Shown: piece by piece, positions 8,019 through 14,263 of the stretch | How the letters are laid out: every line of letters starts with the position of its first letter | Numbering within the stretch: position 1 is the first letter of the stretch | Assembly (NCBI RefSeq): GCF_006345805.1 | Contig: NW_021825945.1 | Location: 1 to 14,263, forward strand | DNA length: 14,263 bases | From: Octopus sinensis | Taxonomy: Eukaryota | Direction of reading: 5' to 3' | Made by a program: the position numbers and the translations under genes | Notes under the pieces: generated by a model | Seen by the model: only the letters and a program-made list of their open reading frames with translations | What the model was told of the DNA's origin: nothing | Databases searched by the model: none

Positions 8019-8795
8019 ATTGGTGCTCGTATGTCAGGCGCTAGCGTAACGAAAACAGATGAATGTTTGCTTTGTCAAGAAGTACTGTCTCGAAAGTAAT
8101 GACAACCTTTGAGAAAGAGAGAAAGCCTCCTCGCTGAAACAAAACTCCAGAAGAAAACCAGAACTTTCTGATGGGACCGTCGACTCTTACGCGAATTATT
8201 AGAAAGGATTACAATAGTACAGCTCCCAAAATTACTACAGAGCTTAATGACCACCTCGAGAACCTAGTTTCTACAATAGCTGTTCGCCGGGAGCTGCACA
8301 AGGCAGGAATTCATTGGAGGGCTGCAATCAGAAAACCATTTCTTTCGAAAACAAAAGTTGCAAAGCGTTTAGAGTGGAGTAAAAACCTATAGAATTGGTC
8401 CCTAGAAAATGTTATTTTCTTGGACGTGTCATTCTTTACTTTATTTCCAACCACCGGCCGAGTATACGTATGGAGACAGCAAAAAGAAGCATTTGACCCA
8501 GACTGCCTTCTTCCAGTTGATAAACATGGAGGAGGATCTGTGCTGATTTGTTGAGGCTATATCATGGAATCCGCCCGCCCAATGGTTTTCCTTCATGGCA
8601 GAATTAATAGTCAAGACTATTGAAGCATTTTATCTGATCAAATTCATCCTATGGTTGCGGACTTTTCTAGCGGGAAACGCAATCTTTCAGGATGATAATG
8701 TACCAATTCTCACAGCTGAAGTTGTTACTGAATGGCACGAGGAACATTCTAGTGAAGCTGAACATTTTATCTGGCCATCACAGTCACCACATCTC
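8019..8795 (+). pseudogene. Decayed Tc1/mariner-family DDE transposase
   Basis: Reading across several frameshifts and stops: IGARMSGASVTKT..SRSTVSKVM (HTH), RKPELSD, VRRELH..G..R.A.RKP, NVIFLDVSFF (first D, 8423), KHGGGSV, FQDDNVP (second D), WPSQSPHL. Ends before the NPIE glutamate; no TIRs found. Confidence 0.9.
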
Positions 8796-8912
8796 TGCTC
8801 TAAGAAACGACGTAACATACAACTACTGGGTCGAGAAGCGAACCTGTTTTCCATACAGCTATGTTTACTAACATACAGTTTGAAAGACGTTGAGGCTCTA
8901 CTATATCATAAT

Positions 8913-9220
8913 TATTAGCAAATCCTGGGTAGCATTTTGTCGCATTCTTCACGTTCTGAGTTCAAATTCCGCTGAGATTAACGTTGCCTTTCCTCATTAT
9001 CGGGTTGAGAGAAATAAGTAAGACTGAAGTAGTGGGAGTAATGTAATCGAATAAGCCACACGTCTGTCTTCACGTTTTGAGTTCAAATTCCGCCGAGGTC
9101 ATCTTTGCCTTTCATCCTTTCGGGCTTCATAAAATAAGTACCTGTTGAATACTGTGGTCGATGTAATCGAATTCCCCCCCCCCCGCAAAATTGCTAGATT
9201 TTTGCCAAAATTTGAAATCA
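8913..9220 (+). mobile_element. Older/divergent SINE family A-related dimer with short period
   Basis: B boxes GTTCAAATTCC at 8960 and 9081 (121-bp period), each followed by the CCTTTCATCCTTTCGGG-type body; C-run and AAAATT tail. Confidence 0.75.
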
Positions 9221-9250
9221 ATTATTAACAAGCGAATTATTTTGCCTCAG

Positions 9251-9386
9251 CAGCAGCAGCAGCAGCCGTTCAAGAATTTGGACCTGGAGATCTCCATTTC
9301 CAGCGACTTCAAGGGCCACCTCCCAGTAGTGTTGGCCTCAACGAAGAGCTCTCGACTACAAGACGACCAAAAAATGTTTTTCCAAG
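9251..9386 (+). other. Candidate 136-bp coding exon in a GC-richer island
   Basis: Acceptor TTATTTTGCCTCAG, possible donor AAG|GTCTGG, two open plus frames and visible 3-periodicity. Begins with (CAG)n. No homology recognised. Confidence 0.35.
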
Positions 9387-9812
9387 GTCTGGGGTCTCCC
9401 GCCCCTAAGCCCTAGACCATCACCTAATCACCCTTACCCGTCTTGTTGCTTAACAACAATAACAGCAGCAACAGCAATAGCATGTATGGAAATTGGTCGC
9501 AATCATATGCTACTGCGTTAAAGGAAGGACACATTGGAAATTAGATATTTTACACGTAGAATGAGTGAGCACTACTATAAGATTGCTCCTGTCTATATTT
9601 TGTTTTTGTTGTTATTGTTCCTACTGCTGCTTCTGCCGCCGTTGTTGCTTCAAGTTGGCACTGAATGAGCAGTTGCATGGCAGTCAACGAAAGGATGAAA
9701 GCCACTTTTTGTCTCAGTATGTATCGGAAAATTATTTTCACGTTAGCGAAATTTCATCCTGCTTTAACAACAATCATTTTGAGAGCGTCTTGGCTTCATT
9801 CTTGACTATATT

Positions 9813-9892
9813 ATTTGTCGTATAAGTTTATCCATATATGACATTTGTCGTATAAATTTATCCTTATACGACATTTGTCGTATAAGTTTATC
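9813..9892. repeat. 30-bp tandem repeat, 2.7 copies, with junction palindrome
   Basis: ATTTGTCGTATAA starts at 9813, 9843, 9873. TTATACGACA-TT-TGTCGTATAA at 9864-9885. Confidence 0.95.
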
Positions 9893-10189
9893 TTATCTTG
9901 AAAATAGCAGCATTGTATTTCAGGGAAATTTCGTTTCAGTTCCTTGCAGCTCGAACGAACTTGTACAGACATTTTCACCAGCAATATTTATTCAAAAGTC
10001 TACTCAGTTCGTAGTCAGATATGAGACACCTTAGTTTCGATCCTTTGTCCTCTAAGTATACAACACTCCGACGTCAACTTTGCTTTCATACTAGTATTGC
10101 TCTAGACCAGTACTTTTCAAACGTTCATTACCTATTTTACTTATGCGAACCCTCCTAGACATTCGATGTTAAAAAAAGATAATATATTT

Positions 10190-10329
10190 TTATAATTAAA
10201 TATTATTTTCAGTTTATAACAAAATATTTTGAGTATTGAATAAGTATAACCAATTTACTGCAGATAAATCCTAACAAAATCTTATATGGATCCCCCAGGG
10301 CCATATGGACCCCGGTTGAGGAACCGCTA
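10190..10329 (-). mobile_element. Probable solo end of a hAT-type non-autonomous DNA transposon
   Basis: Minus strand begins TAGCGGTTCCTCAACC, resembling the CAG(T/C)GGTTCTCAACC terminal motif of hAT MITEs, followed by GGGGTCCATATGG. No partner TIR found; left boundary approximate. Confidence 0.4.
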
Positions 10330-11199
10330 TCATAGAAAGTTTATATTCCTAGTATACATCAAAGAAGGTGAGGTAAATAAAATACCAGACAGCTAAGAGA
10401 TGTTGTTATTGACCCTTACAATACCGCTTCATAGATTTGTTTAATTAATATGTCCAGCATTTACAATCTCGATGCTTTCTATATGATTTTTAACTGCATT
10501 TTAGGGAGATGTTTTATTATCAGGGTCTTTTTTACCCATTATTAGCATCTTACATACCCCTATTCAGTGTTTCATATATACATAATATAAAGCAATTTTG
10601 TTCTTATTGTGTTTTCATTATGACTAATAAACCACTAGTGAAACGTATTTTCATCGTTCTACGATCAATAATAAAATATAGCACCACTAAATTAGCAAGA
10701 GTCGATTTATATTTCAACAATGCATACTAAAAATGGTTGTAATTAAAACAGAAGACTCATCAAAATAATCGAAGGAGTCTATCACTAAGTAACAAAATAT
10801 AGATACGTATCAGCCAGAGGGGTATGTCACAAATCACTCGAATTGCTGGAAATAGTAGACAATTTTCACTATTTTCACTGCATCTTAATCCACAGATTTA
10901 AAAACGCAAATGTCGGAAGGCAAAAGAAAGATACGAAATCTGAGATACAGAATATAGAATATAAGATACTCATTGCTAGTATGAGGATCTCATTTCGAAA
11001 CTTTGCTCGGTCAGAGCCGACAACCACAGTACTTCATAGGGCAAGCCGTACCATGAATTGTGTCGGGCTTATTCGCGTTCAGAATTTTGATTAAATCTTA
11101 AATGTGCATTGTAGTACAGCTGACCAAACAAACCAACACTCAACGTTGATAATATCGAAGCATTTATCATGTTTATGACATTCACTTGCCTTTCTAAAA

Positions 11200-11247
11200 G
11201 GAGTAGCTGTGTGGTAAGAAGCTTGCCTCCAAACCGCATGGCACCTT
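11200..11247 (+). mobile_element. Head fragment of SINE family B lacking the B box
   Basis: GGAGTAGCTGTGTGGTAAGAAGCTTGC...CATGGCACCTT aligns to the head of 1725-2146 with a 25-bp deletion. Confidence 0.7.
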
Positions 11248-11325
11248 CATCGAGCGTGTGTGCGCGGCGTGTATGTGTATGTACGAATGTATGCATACAA
11301 ATATATTTTTAGTAATATCTTTACA

Positions 11326-11327
<2 letters not shown>

Positions 11328-11372
<45 letters not shown>

Positions 11373-11541
11373 GGAAATTCACAAAAAAAAATACGGAGAC
11401 AGGTGGTGTAGACAACAAACACATGTTTCGAGCCTGCGTTCTTCCACAGAAAGGAACACGGAAAGAAACAGAGAGACATTGAAGGTGTATTGGCTAGCAA
11501 TCTGTCTATTTATCTATCTATCTATATACATATATATATAT

Positions 11542-11575
<34 letters not shown>

Positions 11576-11796
11576 TAATATATATATATATATATATATA
11601 TACGGAAATTACAAAAAAAAATACGGAGACAGGTGGTGTAGACAACAAACACATGTTTCGAGCCTGCGTTCTTCCACAGAAAGGAACACGGAAAGAAACA
11701 GGAGAGACATTGAAGGTGTATTGGCTAGCAATCTGTCTATTTATCTATCTATCTATCTAAACATATATATATATATACATACATATATATAATATA

Positions 11797-11829
<33 letters not shown>
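11328..11829. repeat. Tandem duplication (period 230-231 bp) of a ~140-bp non-simple block embedded in (TA)n/(TCTA)n
   Basis: Units start at 11371 and 11602. The unique parts differ only by two single-base indels. Confidence 0.97.
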
Positions 11830-11830
<1 letters not shown>

Positions 11831-12170
11831 CTCCGTGGCATGTATAAATGTATATTTATTTCCAAAAAGAACAATTATCGAAAAATGAATACATTCATTG
11901 GGTACTTCGTTATCGTTTCGTGGCTATTTTCGCCGTTTCCCGTAGACACTTTGGAGTGTGTGCATGTCCATCTGTATGCACCACCATGTTTGTGTGTTAA
12001 TACATGTATATATACATACATACATATATATATATACATATATATATGTGTGTGTGTGTGTGTGTGTAGAAATGAATGTTCGTGCGTGTGTAATTATGTA
12101 TATTTATGTGCATGTGTACGTTTATGTTTGTGTACATGTATGTCTGCGTTAGTGTGTCTGCGTGTATGGT

Positions 12171-12263
12171 CTTTATTTTCTCCTTTATTTTCCCCTTTAT
12201 TTTCCCCTTTATTTTCTCCTTTATTTTCTCCTTTATTTTCTCCTTTATTTTCCCCTTTATTTT
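12171..12263. repeat. 12-bp minisatellite CTTTATTTTC(T/C)C, 7.75 copies
   Basis: Variant order T,C,C,T,T,T,C; source of the LFSP / KIKE repeats in the ORF track. Confidence 0.97.
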
Positions 12264-12647
12264 TACCCATCTGTATAATATTGAGCAGATTTCTCTGTCC
12301 AGCCAGCTTTCCTTAATCTGCTTATGTTTCGGACACAAAGTAGCCAATTGCTTTAAAAATGAAGAGACTACGAAAGACCAAAAACATAACCTGCATTGAT
12401 TTCGGTCCCAGAGCATTTTTCTCTTTACAAACATGCATCAGATCTCGGGTCACGTATCTCTTAACCCCGCCAACAGGTCAGAGGTTACAAGTTGATTCGA
12501 GCTAATTAATTAACAATCTGCGGTTTCGCATCAGAATCATCAGACAACATCATCATACCCTGTTTATATGCCTGGTCGTCTATCTGTTTGTCAGAATATC
12601 TGTCTGTCTGTGTATGTATGCAAGCGAGTAATCATGTGAGTGCACGT

Positions 12648-12869
12648 GTATGTATGTATGTATGTATGTATGCATGTATGTATGCATATTTGTATGTATG
12701 TTTGTATGTATGTATGTATGTATGTATGTATGTATGTATGTATGTATGTATGCATGCATGTATGTATGTATGTATGTATGTATTTATGTATGTATTTATG
12801 TATGTATGTATGTATGTATATATGTATGTATGCATGAATGCATATTTGTATGTATGTTTGTTTGTATGC
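12648..12869. repeat. Long interrupted (TATG)n microsatellite
   Basis: Directly visible; source of the MYVC ORFs. Confidence 0.97.
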
Positions 12870-12985
12870 ATGCACGAATGTGTCATTTGCGTGTTTTTGT
12901 GCGTTTGTGTGTGCATGCGTGCATGCGTGTTTCATTTCGGAAAAATTCATATTATCTCTCAGCCTAGTTTCCTATCCGTGCATTC

Positions 12986-13023
<38 letters not shown>

Positions 13024-13400
13024 ATGTATAAACATACAACTGATATTATTAAGCATACACGTACACATACACTACTACATGCATATACTCTACATACATA
13101 TACACACATACATGCATAAATGCATACTTACAAAACATGCAAACAAACATATATGTCAATCTATGTCCACATTCTCATTCGCTCTTTTTATTTCGCTCTA
13201 TTTATCAAACTATCGATCTGTTTGTGTGTCTGTCCCCCCCTAGCCACCCCGCCCCCGCCTCAGCAAAAAAAACAAGAAGAAAAAGGACATTAATAACACA
13301 ACGGTCAACATCAACAGCAGGAGGCACTTTGTTAATATCCAAGTACATATACTTTAATCTATCTCTGTCCACTAATTAATTTCCTCTAGGGTCACCCCCA

Positions 13401-13438
<38 letters not shown>

Positions 13439-13689
13439 TAACAATGAACAACAACAGCAACAAAAACTCCAAACAGTAACAACAACAACAACACCAACAA
13501 TGATGGCGATGTCGACGATGACGACGACAACGACGACGGTGATGACGACGACGACGACGGTGATGACGTCGATGACGATGACAGTTCTACTGAAGATGAT
13601 GATAATGATGATAGTGATGGCCCTCATCATCATCCTCATTATTATCATTCTCCTCCTCCTCCGCCTCCTCCTTATTATTATTATCATCG
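13401..13689. repeat. Compound trinucleotide array (AAT)-(AAC)-(GAY)-(CAT/CCT/TAT)
   Basis: Directly visible. Confidence 0.95.
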
Positions 13690-14263
13690 TGATAAATATA
13701 TTTACCGCAAAGGCGGGGGCTGAGAAGACATTACATAGACAGTGGGGTTGCCTGCCTGTAATGAAATTAAGTGATTAAAAAGAAGTTCAAAATATACTAG
13801 GCACACCACAAAATTCTATAAATGCCCCTAAAGGAAGATCTAGACCCTTACTCTATCGAGAAACCCATGAGATTCTGGATTATCGTAACTAGTAAGATTG
13901 AGCGCCATTTCTTGGCTCTCAGTACGAGGTCTACGAGTGCATGATGCGAGTTAACTCATATACTCGAGTAATATTAGTCTTATTTCCGTGAACGTTTTGA
14001 TTAATTTATTGAAGGGAAATAGCATTTTCCATGCTTTTAAGCTTCCTCTCAAAGTGGAACGTGAAAAAGCTGGCAATATCTTGTCTAAAGGGAACTGTAT
14101 CTATCTTTAGTCCTTTCGATCACTTCTGCACTACAAATTCTTTAACGGTGGATGTCATACATAGCTGTTCTTCCCACTCAAAGGATTGATTTTCACGATA
14201 GCTTTCGCTGATAACCTGATGCGTTCAACATACAAGAGCTGTACCACAGAAAAATTTTTGAAT

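Noticed and set aside
9813-9892. 30-bp repeats (and the 184-bp SINE units) as a possible CRISPR array
   Set aside because: No unique spacers, no cas genes, eukaryotic context.
12510-12548. Minus-strand CTGATGA...GAAAC with short spacing
   Set aside because: The 9 nt between the core boxes cannot form stem II, and stems I and III do not pair.
384-13687. Numerous 60-160 aa ORFs rich in HT, CV, YI, MYVC, LS, LFSP or homopolymer runs
   Set aside because: They are translations of microsatellites and minisatellites, which lack stops in some frames; no coding signal.
13500-13778. ORF with poly-T/M/I/L runs, or poly-Asp in the adjacent frame
   Set aside because: Entirely explained by the compound trinucleotide array; no splice or start context.
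13890-14263. Non-repetitive stretch that looked like decayed coding sequence on minus
   Set aside because: Stop frequency is close to random expectation and no motif was recognisable; BLASTX would be needed to reconsider.

Overview
AT-rich, microsatellite-dense eukaryotic DNA, intronic or intergenic, made mostly of transposable element remnants. The repeat families resemble those I associate with octopus/cephalopod genomes (inference, no database search). No intact protein-coding gene is visible; almost all ORFs in the track are translations of simple repeats. Supported content: two tRNA-derived SINE families, one occurring as internal dimers and a trimer; a tandem pair of non-autonomous Helitrons (3846-4750, minus); a decayed Tc1/mariner transposase (8019-8795, plus); a probable solo hAT end; and two long near-perfect inverted repeats resembling the inverted termini of Penelope-like elements. 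The most interesting signal is a cluster of type I hammerhead ribozyme motifs. Two have complete canonical cores on the minus strand (5398-5487 and 7667-7745; CUGAUGA...GAAAC, GUA triplet, palindromic 8-nt stem III). A third is a candidate core variant (G3-C8 swap plus an extra G) duplicated in the inverted repeat at 2855-3050. A degenerate fourth lies in a 230-bp tandem duplication. Three small plus-strand exon candidates are phase-compatible but unproven.
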